The notes: generated from the sequence alone by a model not told the origin. Positions 26,863 through 40,652 are shown, numbered from the whole stretch's first letter. The stretch: DNA of 62,741 nucleotides, filler included, from Choristocarpus tenellus KU-1152 (GCA_964200185.2; 10 parts of 10 records of this genome joined end to end with filler, not necessarily neighbours in it); one strand, 5' to 3'. Numbers and translations are program-made.

Positions 26863-27853
26863 GTGACTTCAAGTGTTCTTGAAACAGCAGGTGCAGAATC
26901 AATGAGGGCACAACTGATGGCAGCAATACCCCAGGAACGGCTTGAACAAAGCTTGGACTCCAATTCCAATCTTGTGGACAAGGAAAAGTCTGTTGACGGG
27001 CAACTGAGACTGGGAGAAAAAAAGGATTCTAGGTGAGGAAATGTTCTGTGATCAATGTGATTTATCCCTCCTGCATGATGATGTCTGACCAAGCTCTTCT
27101 GGATCATTCAGAGTTGTACAGTAACCAAAACCACAAAATGAAGGGAAGGACAACATCTATAGGTCTACCTCTGTACGTCAGTCCACAACATAGACTACCT
27201 GAGAATTTCATTTCTTGGTATCATTTTCGCAGTACAAAGCCAGGCAGTGGGGGCCAAAACACAGGAAACAAAAAGTAGGAAACTACAGAAATATAGGTGT
27301 TACTTTCTTTGGCTTTGGCATCGTTAAATTGCCGTGCAATGGATTCCATCCGACAATTTGGAGATGTGTCAAGGGGGAAATTAGTTCAGATTGATCGGGA
27401 TTCCAGCTCTTGGCGAAGCATGGTGTGTCTCTCTCTGGACAAGTAGGCCTTTCTTCTGAGGCTACAATGCAATGTCACCTTTCCCCCCCACCAACATACC
27501 CTGCAAAAAAAATGCAATGTTACGAACGTCCCAGGGATGATGTACCAGTATCATCAAGTCCTCTCATGTATGGACCAGGCACATTCCTGGGCATGCCAGT
27601 CTTACTGTCTGCAGGTCGAGGCAAGAATAAGAAAGGCTGGCCCCCAGTCCAAGATATCTCAGCTGAGGCAGAGGGGAAGGAGGGAAAGGAGGAGGAGGAG
27701 GAGAAAGAGGGGCAGAGGGGGGGGAAAGAGGGGGAAGTCGGAGAAAAAGGGGAGATGTCTGGGGAAGAGTTGAAGAAGACAGGTAGAGAGCAGGAGGGGA
27801 AAGCGTCCTGGTTCAAGGGGGCGCGATGCCCTGTCACCATTACAGCAAAAGAG
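26863..27853 (+). CDS. Two internal exons of a protein with a degenerate cyclic-nucleotide-binding-like segment
   Basis: Exons 26863-27032 and 27535-27853 join in phase (AG|G). YGPGTFLGMPVLL...ARCPVTITAKE resembles the cNMP cassette LGPGxxFGExALL...PRxATVxA. Confidence 0.55.
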
Positions 27854-28889
27854 GTACGGCAGAGGAAGTGCTGTACTGCAGTTTTTTTCTCATAACGCTG
27901 AAGGAAAGTGCAGAGTAGTTTCGATATTTCCAACCTTAAAGTGCAGCAATTGCAGTGTAGGGAAGACATTTATGTATCCATTGCTATTTTTCGGACTGAT
28001 TTTCACTCCTCTCGACTCGATGCTTCCGTATTATTGGTCAATGTTGTTGCCACTCATCTTTCCAAAATTAGCGCTATTCTTCCCGTGGGATGCTGCATAT
28101 AAATATGTTCCAAAAAGACGAGTTCAGACATTTTTATAGTTCATATATTTGGAGAAGGTCTTGGACAGTTCCCACAATTCACCCTAGTTGCGATTCAGAT
28201 TCAGGCATGTCTGTGATAATTCTGAGGATATTAGCTCAAGGTTGCTGCACTTTGCTCCTGATCATTTACCATGAATTAACTAGTGAAATCCTTCTTTCAC
28301 ACATTACTGCAAAGTCTTTATAGAACATCCTACAAAACTCAAAGGTAGAAGATATGCTGAATTACTGTAGTTAAACCCATTTGTGCTTTAGGGCAACTAT
28401 TCAGCTACTCCAAGATGCCTTACTTTATGTTAACTATCCAATTTAGACAGGAGTCCATTTAGGTCGTTTTGACTATTTAGACTTTTTTCACCTTCTTCCT
28501 GACACCCTATTCCCATGCCTTGAAATCTAGCTAAGCCTTCTAGGGGGGCTATAGCTATAGAAGATTAGACAAGATATGGTCCACATGAACATGAAATCAT
28601 CACCCTTCTAAATTCTAAAAGCACAAGTACTAGAAGGAATTCATGGGAGTAACAACTACTCAATGATATAACCCTCTAGATTGGATGGCTTATTTTGCTT
28701 ATGTCATGAACACCCTGTCAGTGGGTCATAGGGATAAGGAAGTACACCTATGCCCTATAGCATCCTAGCTGAGGAATCAGGCATCCAATCGGGGTCCCTG
28801 AAATGATTTTCATGCCATTTGAGTGATCGTTTCAGATTCAAGGGTAATTTCCTTCATCTGAACGCACCTTCCTTTTCCATCCCCCTGCT

Positions 28890-29148
28890 GATTGAATATA
28901 TCTTAGAGGGTACGAGTTTTTCCCTGTTTGTCCATTTGGGGCTTTACTTTCCACGGGTTTTTAACGACATTTTAACTACTCCGAAACATTTCAGAGTAGG
29001 TAAAGTGTATACGTTATGAAATGGAGTGCCCAGAACAAGGATATTTACACTTCCTAACAAATACGATAGCCAAAAATACATCAAAATTGTAACGTTAGAT
29101 TTTGATTCCCAAATGGACGCAGCTCTACCCTCTAAGATAATTTGACTC
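28890..29148 (-). mobile_element. MITE family A copy, TSD TGCT
   Basis: GATTGAATATATCTTAGAGGGTAC...TACCCTCTAAGATAATTTGACTC. TGCT at 28886-28889 and 29149-29152. Confidence 0.9.
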
Positions 29149-29277
29149 TGCTGGACCAAATCCAAACCCAAATCGTCCGAAAAACGGGCATCAAACTGGG
29201 TCTTACAGCACCCAATCCAAGGGACAATCCTTGCAAAACCCCCCCACTCTAGGATACTATGAGATATCTCAACGTAG

Positions 29278-29327
29278 GAGCCAAAGTATCTTAGAGGGTA
29301 GAGCCACGTCCATTTGGAGGTCAAAAT
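29278..29327 (+). mobile_element. MITE family A left end, cut by contig end
   Basis: GAGCCAAAGTATCTTAGAGGGTAGAGCCACGTCCATTTGG. Confidence 0.88.
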
Positions 29328-30239
29328 NNNNNNNNNNNNNNNNNNNNNNNNNNNNNNNNNNNNNNNNNNNNTTAATTAATTAANNNNNNNNNNNNNNNNN
29401 NNNNNNNNNNNNNNNNNNNNNNNNNNNGCTGTCTGGTCACCAAGCACTTTCCGCTTGACAGGAACCTTTCCACTCGTGGGGGGGGGGGGTGATAACCAAG
29501 TCGATACGAGCAAAGCGTGAAGAAAACTTTCTTTTTTTTTAAAGTAAATAATGTGCAAAGTTTTTATTATTTTTTAATTTCATGTCTAACGAAGATAATA
29601 TAATAATGCGGTTTTGATTTATTGCTTAATATCTTGATTTGCGTGTATAGTTTCCTTTTATGTTCTTAGACAGTGAGTTGGGGGGTATGAGCTATACTCC
29701 AAACAATTTATTGTTTTTTTCTATTGATCGATATTATTGTTACTATCATTGTTATTGTTATTTTTATTATTATTGTTATTATTATTATTGTTATTGCATG
29801 AGACTACGCAAAAATGTAGTGAAGCATTATTCCATTCTTGATAATAAATTCCTAAAATATTCTTTAGAGCTTGCTCTACTGGATAAAAATTGCACTGATA
29901 GTTATCCCAAATGAAACATATACAAATCACCGCACAATTATGTGCAGAATTCACATAGAAACTCTTTCTCTATCTCCGTCTATATACATAAATTCTGAAG
30001 TGTATCTATTGTACACATCCAAGTATGCTACTCCTATGGACTGATCCTGGTATGAGTATTGCAGAGGTGCTCTTGCCAAGCAATCTTAACTGTGGAAGAG
30101 AAAGATCAAAGCAGGTGCTATGGACGATCTCCACCACATGAGCAGCAACCAGCAGTTACTTGCCCGCGGAAAAAAAAAGAACACTATACAACTCACTCCT
30201 TTACCTCCTTCTCAAAATGCCTGTTGCCCCTGCCCCCAG

Positions 30240-33200
30240 CCTAAGGGCCAAGACACCCCAACGACCCTCCACAGCACCCACACAACCTGGAACGGTGACT
30301 AGGCCTTGCGATACAGAGAAAGGGAGCCTGAGAACCAAGAGTAGAGGGGTGGGGGAGGATTGCAAAAAACTGCAACGGAAGGGGCAACATTATATTCCAA
30401 CTTGTGGCATTGCTGGTGATCACCACCGCTCATTGATCAAGCCAAGTCCGTCTGTCATCCTGGGTCTCAGGTATATGACATGCAAAGAATGGTGTGTGCT
30501 TAAGCAGGCACCAGGTTTAAATCAACTTTGTTGTCACCAAGTAGCCTCGATCTAGCTAGGGAAGTCGAGCTTTTAAGAGTACGTCTTGAAGAAATCCTAT
30601 GTAGGTGGCGAGATTATTTCTTGGGTTGATTGTAAGCTGGATGGGTGGGAATGCCGAGGACATCATTTCAGATTTGTACGGCATAAGGTTGCGTTTGGGG
30701 ATTGGGGTGTTTTAGCTGGTGTACTAGATATGAGGATGGATGATAACTGAGGCGTTGCCCCCACTGGATTCATGTTCACACTGGCAATAACTATGAGGTT
30801 TGATAAGGGACTGCAATATTTATTGTTGCAGAGTGGTAGTCAGACATAGACACTGTTGGGACTGCGTTGCTGTGAAGATTGTGTGTGTATGTGTGTGTGT
30901 GTGTGCATGTGTCTTTTTGATTACACTCAAGTTTTGGAGTAAAATTCCACCATCCTAAATGGGTCAAACACACTGCTGTCTGAAGGAAGATCTAGGGTAA
31001 CCCTGCAACAACTTTTGACCCGGGTGATCTCAGTCCCTCGTGATCCCTTGCCGACTGCCCCTAGGATCATTTTTTTGAGGTGCCATAGAGTGTACCAGAG
31101 TACCGTACTGTATACCCAGCAGACTGAGCGATGGAGCCATTTTTTCGTGTTGACCATGTCTCCAAATACCAACCAGTTGCGAAACACCAAATGTCCATCT
31201 TCGCATCTCTGGTGCTGTATGGAACCAAGGTATGATTCGTGCACAAGCCAAGCAGCATTGTGGCAGACTCTCAATCCCTGTTGAGCTTGCATGCTCTTCA
31301 CCAACCTTCGCTTTACAAGGACACTCTCTTACTCTCAGAGGGCACGCCTCACTTGCCAAAAAAAATGAGTAATAATTAACTCTGCAATTTCCCGTTGCCC
31401 TCTGACTGCATTTGGTCGTTTTGTTGGGTGTGATTGAGTAGCCCGTTGGTGGAGGGACAAGCGACAACAGGGCCAACCCCATCCCTCCTAGCATTGATAC
31501 CCTCCCACAACAGCACATGCTACTCCATGCCGAGGAAGTCAACCAACTCAGGTATGGTACTAGGCGGAGCAGTGGGGAGGGGGTCATCCATTGCCTCATT
31601 GGTTTCCCAGGCATCTCTGTGCGAGTGGAGTGCCACAGAGTTTGACCAAACAGCACCAAAACCATGGACCCTGAGGACCAGAAGGCCGCAAGTTGCAAAG
31701 AGTACCATTGTGCGACTGGTTTATGGGAGGAGAAGGGGGGTGGGGGCGATTTGCAGTGGGCCTGATGTTAGAACCCCCACCGGAAACATGAACTCTCCAC
31801 GTGCAACAGTGGAAAGAACGTCTACAAGGGATGGGGAGGTCCCACCAATTGAAGAAATGCCAGGCGGAGAGCCATTGGCAGGGTGTTTGGTGTCACAAAC
31901 CGCCAAGCACGAAGCAGTGGAGTGGTCACCCCCCAAACCAGCAAGTGCTGCTGTGGCAAGACTTGTTGGTGGTCATATTGAGGAACCTTCATCGTTTGAT
32001 GAGGAGGAGGGCGATATTGAGAACTTTGACCAGGCGGGTAACAAGATCGATGGCATTGTAGGGAGGAGCCCCATGGATGACATCTGGACCTCAGGCAGTG
32101 ACACCTCTCGGTCTGAGTCAAGCTGGGAATCGAGTGAAACGAGCCTTGGGAGTCCCGAGTTGGAACCAGAGGTGAGAGGGTGGTGTGATATGGAGATGCC
32201 TCACAGTCTGAATACATTGTGGCATGGGCTAAGAGATAACCAGACTTGTTGTGCAGATGAAACACTCAAGAGTACCTTGAGATCTAACCCTAACCCTAAC
32301 CCTAAACCAAAACCTAAACCTACCCCTATGTTGGTATCTTGTACGACATCCACAGCACAAGACTTAGTGTTATACGACAGTTTGTCTCTTTTGCAGTTGT
32401 CCTATTCGGATAGTACCTCACAGGCAGCAATTCCATACTTCGTTACCCGCCTTCCCAATACTCCCAAGCCCCCCCCAACGCCATACCCTGTTCTATTTTT
32501 TGTGTGTATGACTGATACCCTCATGCAATCACCAAACAATTCTCAAAGGTGGGCAGCGATGGGGCAACCAGTAGAGCCCGTAGCAGCTGTAGTAGCGACA
32601 ATAGCAGCAGCAGCTCCACCACCAGCACGAATACGAGCGCCAGTGATGGCAGCAAAGGCAGAAATGGCAGCAGTGGGGGTGGGGAGAGTCCAGAGCCGCC
32701 TAGTAGGGAAGCACTAGGCCTACGTACTCCTAGTCCTCGTTGCGCAAATCCTTTGATGGAAAAGCTACAAATGCAGTCAGCCCTAGAGTCAGCTAGGTCG
32801 CACTGGGCTTTAGTGCTACAAAGGATGCGTCTTGTGCCGTCAAGCATTCTCTTTGTTGGCGCTCAGAATGAGCAACAGGTACAGTCAGTTCTTTGCGTAA
32901 TAGGTGGAGAATGGTGTTCCTTTCGTAGTGAGGCGATGTCTGGTTGTTGAGACCAGAGCATGACAGTTACGAGAAAGAGAGGCTCATGGAGGGCATCTAT
33001 GCCATGATATAGATACCTTTAAGTAAGGTCAATGAGCTCGTCAATCGAATCAAACCCACACTGCAGGGATACCGATACTGATGATGGTACTGACACCAAT
33101 ACAGATACTGATGCTGATACTGATACTGATACTGCAAGGATACTAAAGAGAAGAATTGAAGACCACTAATACTATTTTTCGGGAGTGTAGCAGTACACAC

Positions 33201-34420
33201 GACAAAGCCCAGTCTCCTATACAGTTTTAGATCTGATACACTGCTGCCGACGCACACATTTTCACCTACACCAAAGTAAAGGACATTATATCTCGACCTC
33301 TGTGCCACTCTCTTGCACTCTGTTCGCCACTATAATAGGCGGAATTCTGCTGCCTGATTGAAGGGTTATGGCCTGCAACGGACGTGCGGGTTACCACCTC
33401 AATTGCAGGTGCTTTGCAGGCTGTCCAGATATTGCCCCCATCGTTGGTGATTGTTTCTTGGGCAGTGCTCAGGAACGGGAGGGTGACATCAAACCTCTTG
33501 ACCGATTTGTGGACCATCAAGCGAGACCTACCTGTGGTAGTCCTGGGGTGTGGTGGTGAAAGTGAGGCAAGATAACGGCTGAAGTAAGCTTCTCCTCCAA
33601 ATGTTCAATGCCTACTACTCATTTTTATTTTGCAGCTGTAACTTGATATTTCGACACTTAGAGATGGTTCAAATATGAACCTGAAGTGGATTTATAGGTT
33701 GACCCAATCAACACACCATGCCCCACAGATCTGTGACTCTTTCCGGTCTGGGGATTTATTTTATTGTATGTTTTGTACTAAAGTATGCCATACCTTCAAA
33801 CAACTGATAGTCGACGAAAGATTGAAATGAAAAAAAATGTTTGCTTTGTCCTTAGATATCGCAGTTTAGCCTGCTTGGGTGGGAGTGGCACAGCATGCAC
33901 ACAAATGTATGTACCATTATATTGCCTGTTGCCATACTTTCCCACCTAACTATCCCAGCCAACTAACTTATTGTGAACTTCAGCCCATCACATAATGAGG
34001 TTCTCCATCCCAGCCTCATTCCTCCAGAGACACATTCCCTCAGAGTCAGAGACACTGTTGCCCATATTCAACAAGAGAGGCCAAGGGCGCAAATTGATAC
34101 CTCCAAGGCACGGTACCATTTCCCATCTATTATTTCGAACAAAATTCCAAGATAATGGAACTTGTCACTGCTGCCTCTAGGAAAGTCAGTCACATCCTTT
34201 TCTCGATAATTACGAAGCAGTTCCCTCCCCTCACAAAATGGGATCTGGATGGATAGAAGGAATCGATTGCTGGCAACTTGCCACGGACGGGTGTTTTGAT
34301 CGTCTTCCTCCCCCTGTCTGTCTTCCCTTGATTCTGCCATGGCAGGCCCTGCGTGAGGAGCTAGAGATGCTTGGTGTCAGTGGCGTGTTGTTGAGGCCCT
34401 ATGATGCGGATGTGATCAAG
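30240..34420 (+). CDS. Partial multi-exon gene: Ser-rich disordered region followed by a pseudo-receiver (CheY-like/REC) domain
   Basis: Phase-consistent exons 30240-30470 and 31065-31229 (both tentative), 31514-32171, 32549-32878, 33339-33566 (GC donor), 34346-34420. C-terminal part: SILFVGAQNEQQAEFCCLIEGLWPATDVRVTTSIAGALQAVQILPPSLVIVSW...LLTDLWTIKRDLPVVVLGC...ALREELEMLGVSGVLLRPYDADVIK, which follows the REC (beta/alpha)5 pattern. Confidence 0.7.
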
Positions 34421-34559
34421 GTTGGTACCTGACATTTGTGTGTTGGGGGAGGTGGGGGGNNNNNNNNNNNNNNNNNNNNNNNNNNNNNNNNNNNNNNNNN
34501 NNNTTAATTAATTAANNNNNNNNNNNNNNNNNNNNNNNNNNNNNNNNNNNNNNNNNNNN

Positions 34560-36488
34560 CCCCCCCCCGAAATCGCACCCGTAATTGCACCTCCCCTGCC
34601 AGAGTCCGCACCCCCCGCACCTCCTTTACCCTGATTGGTCATGTGAGGAGGGTTCGGAGGATGCCCTTCCCTAAGGATTGATATTAACAACATGATACAT
34701 ACCACACATCAAGGGAGAGGACAGCAATCAAGGGTTAGGGTAAGCAGGTGGGTTGGTACAATTATCCCTGAGGCTCTGTCAAGACATAATTTTCTTATCT
34801 TGTAGCAAGAGGGGGGCAGACCTCATGTACATCAACATCACCACTGTGAGGGCAGGGGGAGGGCAGTGAATACAAACAAACATAAGGACCTCATTCCTCC
34901 TCTAGACCTGCCTCTAAGAAAACAACCATATGAGGACTTCAAGCGATCACACTCATCTCACACTCATCCCCCTACAAAACACCTCCACATACAATAAAAC
35001 AAAAACAAGCAAAGCTCAAACTATGCAAACAAGTATTCCATCCGCCCTCCCCCTCAACACAGATCCTGACCTCTTGATGACATGGGTTCGGAAGAGAGCT
35101 GGGTCATGTGCAAGCGATGCCAATAGTACTTCCATACATGCCATACGCTCACAGACAGTGGAGCGAGGGTCCGCCAACACCGGAACAAAAACCTGTTGCG
35201 TAAAGGGCGACGGGGAATGGGGGGGGGGGGGGCCAAAAACAAAAAAAAGAAGAAAGGAAAAAAAATAAAAAAAAAAAAAAAAAATTNNNNNNNNNNAAAA
35301 ACAAAAAAAAAAACTGGCGCGAGAAAGGAGAGAGGGGATAGGGGGGGGGGGGGGGTGCTCAAAACAAATGACAGCAGAAAGGCATTAACCTACAAAAAAA
35401 AATCAAAATTTTGCTTCATATTACGACAGCACTATGCACAATTGTAGCACTAATGAGAAGAGATGCGACCATTAGAGTACTCCACCACACCCCTAACCCT
35501 GACAGAAAAGGTTACAATAATCACTGCAATGACAATAAAAGGCACTCACTGCAATGACAATAAAAGGTACTCACCTCGAACAATGGCACCTCATTCCACA
35601 AATACCGGAACAATGAGTCGCGCGGTCCCCACTTGAGATTTAAAATAAATAAAAAATAAATATATATATATATATATATATATATCAAAAGAGGGAGTGT
35701 GGCATGCAAGGGGGAGGGCAGATGTTGGTACGTAAGACTGAATATCAAGACAACTAACGGTGAGGAACAGTGGAGCACATGAGACAACGGGGGTGGAGAT
35801 GGAGACCTTTCAAACAGCGACCCTACAGTCCCAGCTGGATAACTCAATACTCAAGATCAGTATCTTTTCGCCCACCACATTGATAAAAAGGACAAGACCC
35901 GTTGATAAATACTGTACTAGAATTACACAGTAATGGATGCATTACGTATGAAAAAGGACCCTTTGATGCAGTCATTGATGCAGTCTTTGATACAATCATT
36001 GATGCAGTCTTTGATACAATCTTTGATGCAGTCATTGCCCTACTTCAAAAACATTATTATCATTATAGGTGCACATTTCTCCAAGGCAATAAAAAGAAAA
36101 TACACAATACTACTACTGCTATTACTACTATTACTATTAGAAATAATAATATAACGCAAGATGAATAGCATTCTCTCCTTCCCTGGCAGGGACAAAGGGG
36201 ATGCTTTAAACGTGTGATTAAATTCATGACCTGCAGTGACTTCGTCATGGCAAAGAGCTCCCTCAGAAAAGCCAGGATATCTTGCCGCTTGGGTCCATCC
36301 GTTGCTGTGTCCTTGAGTAGAAGAAAGATACACTTCAAGTAGTCTGATCTTCCATGTAGACTGACAAAAAAAGGCATTGAGGGACAGAGAAAAGCACACC
36401 TCCCATTAGCATAAACAAAATACTCAAACAAAAGAGTGGGTGACAAACCTCAAAATCTCAGAAATGAATACTACACTGCTATAGAGGT
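34560..36488 (-). CDS. PPP4R3: Protein phosphatase 4 regulatory subunit 3 (SMEK/Psy2) family, internal fragment
   Basis: Exons 36488-36449 (tentative), 36348-36231, 35631-35575, 35192-35071, 34670-34560. Product YLKCIFLLLKDTATDGPKRQDILAFLRELFAMTKSLQWGPRDSLFRYL...MEVLLASLAHDPALFRTHV resembles the SMEK SMK-1 region as I recall it (..TDDxKR..LVxFxKEFC..SQTLQ...RDAFFK.L). Confidence 0.8.
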
Positions 36489-37617
36489 CTACCGCACATA
36501 TAATACTACAATCATCATCATCATCTGTATTATTATTGCTATTAAAATCAAATATGTATCTACCAAAGGCACACCCTCCTCCTATGGTAAGGAAATCCAC
36601 ATTCCCTGGCAGGATACTACCAAACAACACATAATTTTGTGCCTTCCATTGGGGGTACGAAGTAGATGTCCAATTCTCTCTAGCATACAGGGTAGTGTAG
36701 TCTAACCATGATAAGCACAACTTCATCAAGAGCATTTTCTATTGAATCAGTTTTTTGAAGCGTTAACTGGACACATTTCCATACCGAGCTGTCAGCACCC
36801 ATCACAATATTTTCATATTATTAACATGAAAAATAATAAGAATTGTTTTTGTTACTGGTAATCGAAACCACCTGACCAAAAATAAGGTGTAACATAATTG
36901 AAATATATATACAAAATTAAAAAAAATACATACTTTTAAATAATACACAACAGCATAATAAAAAAGGAACATTACACTTAAATATCGCTGTTGTAGTATT
37001 CAATTGTAGGACCAAAAAAAATCTCATTTTTCATAATAAAAATATGATTCGATAAATACAATACGATAAAATCTATCTTGATAAAAAAACATAGTGTGAA
37101 CACAAGTAAGATAGATGGCCTCATCAAAGATGCCTCTTTCGCAGTAATCATCACAATACCAGAGGGCACAAAAGATACATACAAATAATACACATTTTCA
37201 AATAAAGAAATATGCCTAGGATTTATGATTGAAGTAACTGGGATTCAATCCAATCACCTTGATTCAAAAGGTTTCATTCTTTTTTCTTTTTTCAAAGAAG
37301 AATAGAATAGAATAGAATAACCTTGTCTTAGAGCCTCTCAAGTGGACTACTACAACAGTAACACCAGAGTAAAACAAAAAAAAACAAGCCAAAAAAACTC
37401 CATCCACTTATTGTGTTCACTGTCACGCCTCCCTTCCTACATCAAAAACCTATTTTCTCAGTACATACTCCAACACTTACGCATCATATATAAATTACTA
37501 TTAAAAAAAAACATATCTTACACTACACATGCAAGTAGTAGTTGATACCCAACCCCTGCACCCAGACCAAATCAACCACACTACATCACACTGTCACACT
37601 ACATCACACTGTAATTT

Positions 37618-37669
<52 letters not shown>

Positions 37670-38456
37670 CAGGCCCCCCGTGGGGGAAAGGGGGTTGGTC
37701 NNNNNNNNNNNNNNNNNNNNNNNNNNNNNNNNNNNNNNNNNNNNTTAATTAATTAANNNNNNNNNNNNNNNNNNNNNNNNNNNNNNNNNNNNNNNNNNNN
37801 GGGGAAGAGAGCCGGTGCGGGTCTGGTAGGCATGCGCTTTTATGGTGGGGGGTGTCACAAGGAGGCACATAGGTGAGGATATGAGAGAGGTGGGGGGGGG
37901 GGGACTACAACAGGAATAATGTGTGATCGCTTGACTCTTGGATTGTATGTTCATTATAAAATTATGATGCAATATGCTGGGCAGAGAGGGAAAATGTTTG
38001 TTTCACTGATAATCCTCCATATTTGGTTTATGTTCCTAAATTGGTCATGTTGTACGTGCTTACAATGTACTTTTCCAGTCAGTGCTAGGTTTATGACATC
38101 ATAGGCAGGGCTTGAGGGAGAGGAATGAAGTCTATATGGAACATCACGAATGGCAGCAAATTTCTACTGTTGTTGTTCGAGGAAAACTATGGGGTTAGGG
38201 CTAAAGTTTGTTGTATGCATTGAGTTGGTTTCCTTGTCATAGAGGTCTCTGTAGTCATGGACAGGCACATTGCTGCTCCCCATGCTCTCACTAATGCAGT
38301 GGATGCTGGGACAGGGGGTGAGGGGAGGGGAATGGTAAGGTGTCATGTTCATAATAAGTGTCTTTTAGCTCTGGACAACTAGTGTTTTCATGTAACATAT
38401 TTTGAGGGTGCTCAGAATAGCAGCCAAAGAATTATGGACAGCGAGCAGAGCCCTAA

Positions 38457-38637
38457 GTGGAAGGGGCTCAAGCCATAGCATACCTGATGAAAGCATACAG
38501 TGTTGCCCTGAGTGTAATACTCACCCTGCCTGATAAGTATGCTCCACCAAGGCTTGCCAAAGGTCCATACCGCTCTGCAAATTTTATACATGATTGTTTT
38601 CCCCTCCATCGCTGGAAGATAAAATATGACATCTATA

Positions 38638-38678
<41 letters not shown>

Positions 38679-39033
38679 TCTTGTTTGTTTGCTTCACGCC
38701 TTCTGCATGTGCTGGTTCTACTTGCTCTGCTACAGGGCTATCACTGAGAGTCTGGCCGTGGATGTTCGCAGCTTGCGAAAGACAAAGCGTCAGGAGGCTG
38801 AAGTTGCAGCAGCCTCCGGATGCTCTTTGAAATTTGATGGCATTCTTGTCTCGTTTTCTGCCTGCCATGACGCCTCAACTGATCTAGGGTTGAAGTCTGG
38901 AGAGGAAGACACCATGTCAAAACACCAGAGCGCCTCCACAAACCTACGTACCTCAGAGCCCAGCAAGGAAGACTCGCCAGGGGCTGGCCATGGGGCTAAT
39001 CAAAGTTCTGCAGCCCCTGCCCCTTTGGGTCCT
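38457..39033 (+). CDS. Possible exons of an unidentified protein
   Basis: An open segment ending ..ILTLPD-AA|GTATGC (~38536) joins in phase to CAG|G at 38736 and stays open to about 39033. No recognisable motif. Confidence 0.3.
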
Positions 39034-40411
39034 GTGAGGGTGACAAATATAGAGCTGCTTCCTGCATCATGTGCAGGAGGAGCACATGAAGGCAACAGTG
39101 GGGTTACCAACACTCTGCAAGAGCGAGATTTGGGTGTTGCTGTATGTGCTGCATAGGCCTGATGAGTGTCGTTGCTCCTTTTGATAAGCAGGAGAGTTAT
39201 GAACTAGAGCGGTGTTTGTCTTTCATCAAGTTGCTGTAATTCTGTAGTCTAAAAAATGGAGTGCCACTGTTGTTTTGCACGCCCATACATTATTTTGCTT
39301 GAAAGAGCAGAATCCTTGCTACCGCTGTTTACCCTTAACAATTATGTTTATCGTGTAGCTGAAGAGACCAGAGAACACCTAGCAGGACCAGGGTGAGGCT
39401 GCATGAGGACAACGCATGTAAGAACATCAAACGTCATATCTGCATGGGATGGATGAGAAGTATGGTGGATATTTACCATGCTGTCCTTGTGGATATTTTC
39501 CATCTAGCCCGTTGCTGCTTTTGTACCACTCAACCATGTTTCAGCATCACCACTTTCTACAAATATGTATATAGGGTTATGGCTAAGGATAGACTTCAAC
39601 ACCTTGACCCATTGGTCACTCCCCATACAATGTGTGTGTGCGTGTATGTGTGACTGCTATGGTGATCAAAGGCTTGCAAAACTTCTTCCGTGGCAGCCAG
39701 GGAGTTACATCCTTGACGTTGTCTCCTCAACATGATAAGTACCACATACATCCGTTTCCAACCTTGCGAAATACCCCTCCAACACCACCACCACCACTCT
39801 TTTGGTCGCACTGGCACTTTTGTTCAGAAACAAATCCTATTCGTTGTAGAGTGTTTGTGTACTAGACTGTACTAGTTTATCGCTTCATACTCGATTTTTT
39901 ATTTATAGGCACGAAAAAGATCGTAAGTGCCATTGTTCTAAAAATGAACTTGCGCAGTCATCCAACCACGTAAAGATCTAATTCTCTTGCTAAACCGTAA
40001 TATCTTCTAATGTCAGTTGGTGATTTGATGCAGTAAAACCCTTGCCGCCCAATCACAGCCATCAATTTCTACTGACTTCTAGTTGCTAACACCCGAACTA
40101 CATTCGTTTATCACAAAATATATCATAACATGAAGTCAGATTCGATGTGAAATTTGTGTGCCTTGAACACAATCTGATGTCTGTGCCGATTTTTCCAGGA
40201 TTGTCATGAACTCAATTAACTAAATTGTGCAAACACTCCCATACTGTAACTATCTGAAAGAGTTTTCTTGATAGAACTCTACGAAATTGAGTAAGGGCGA
40301 AGTCAAAGTGTCCTGGAGGGGGATATGACTGAATAGTGGATCTGAGGGAAAGCCTTCTTGTGTCATCTTCCAATCGGTTGTACATCACTGCACTTTCAAA
40401 AGGCCTTAATT

Positions 40412-40503
40412 GACCCAAAGTATCTTGGGGGGGGGAGGGGGATCTACACCAGGGTGTCCATTTGGGGCAAAATCAGGAAAAGTACATTTACGTTATCTAT
40501 CCC
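40412..40503 (-). mobile_element. MITE family B half copy at contig end
   Basis: GACCCAAAGTATCTTGGGGG..GATCTACACCAGGGTGTCCATTTGGGGC is the reverse complement of the family B right half. Confidence 0.88.
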
Positions 40504-40652
40504 NNNNNNNNNNNNNNNNNNNNNNNNNNNNNNNNNNNNNNNNNNNNTTAATTAATTAANNNNNNNNNNNNNNNNNNNNNNNNNNNNNNNNNNNNNNNNN
40601 NNNCCCTTCCCCAGTCCCTAAGGCCTTAACACATACCCCAAACTCCTTTTCC

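Noticed and set aside
31434-32717. 427-aa ORF as a single-exon gene
   Set aside because: It reads through an intron containing a CCCTAA tract (PNPNPKP) and ends in the wrong frame of the next exon. The spliced model explains it better.
11586-38675. Poly-L/Y/N, (HT)n, (MQSL)n and (CDE)n ORFs
   Set aside because: They are translations of simple repeats: (TTA)n at ~11596, 20488 and 29730, 9-mers at ~24085, 6-mers at ~33075, 12-mers at ~35963, and (CA)n at ~38638.
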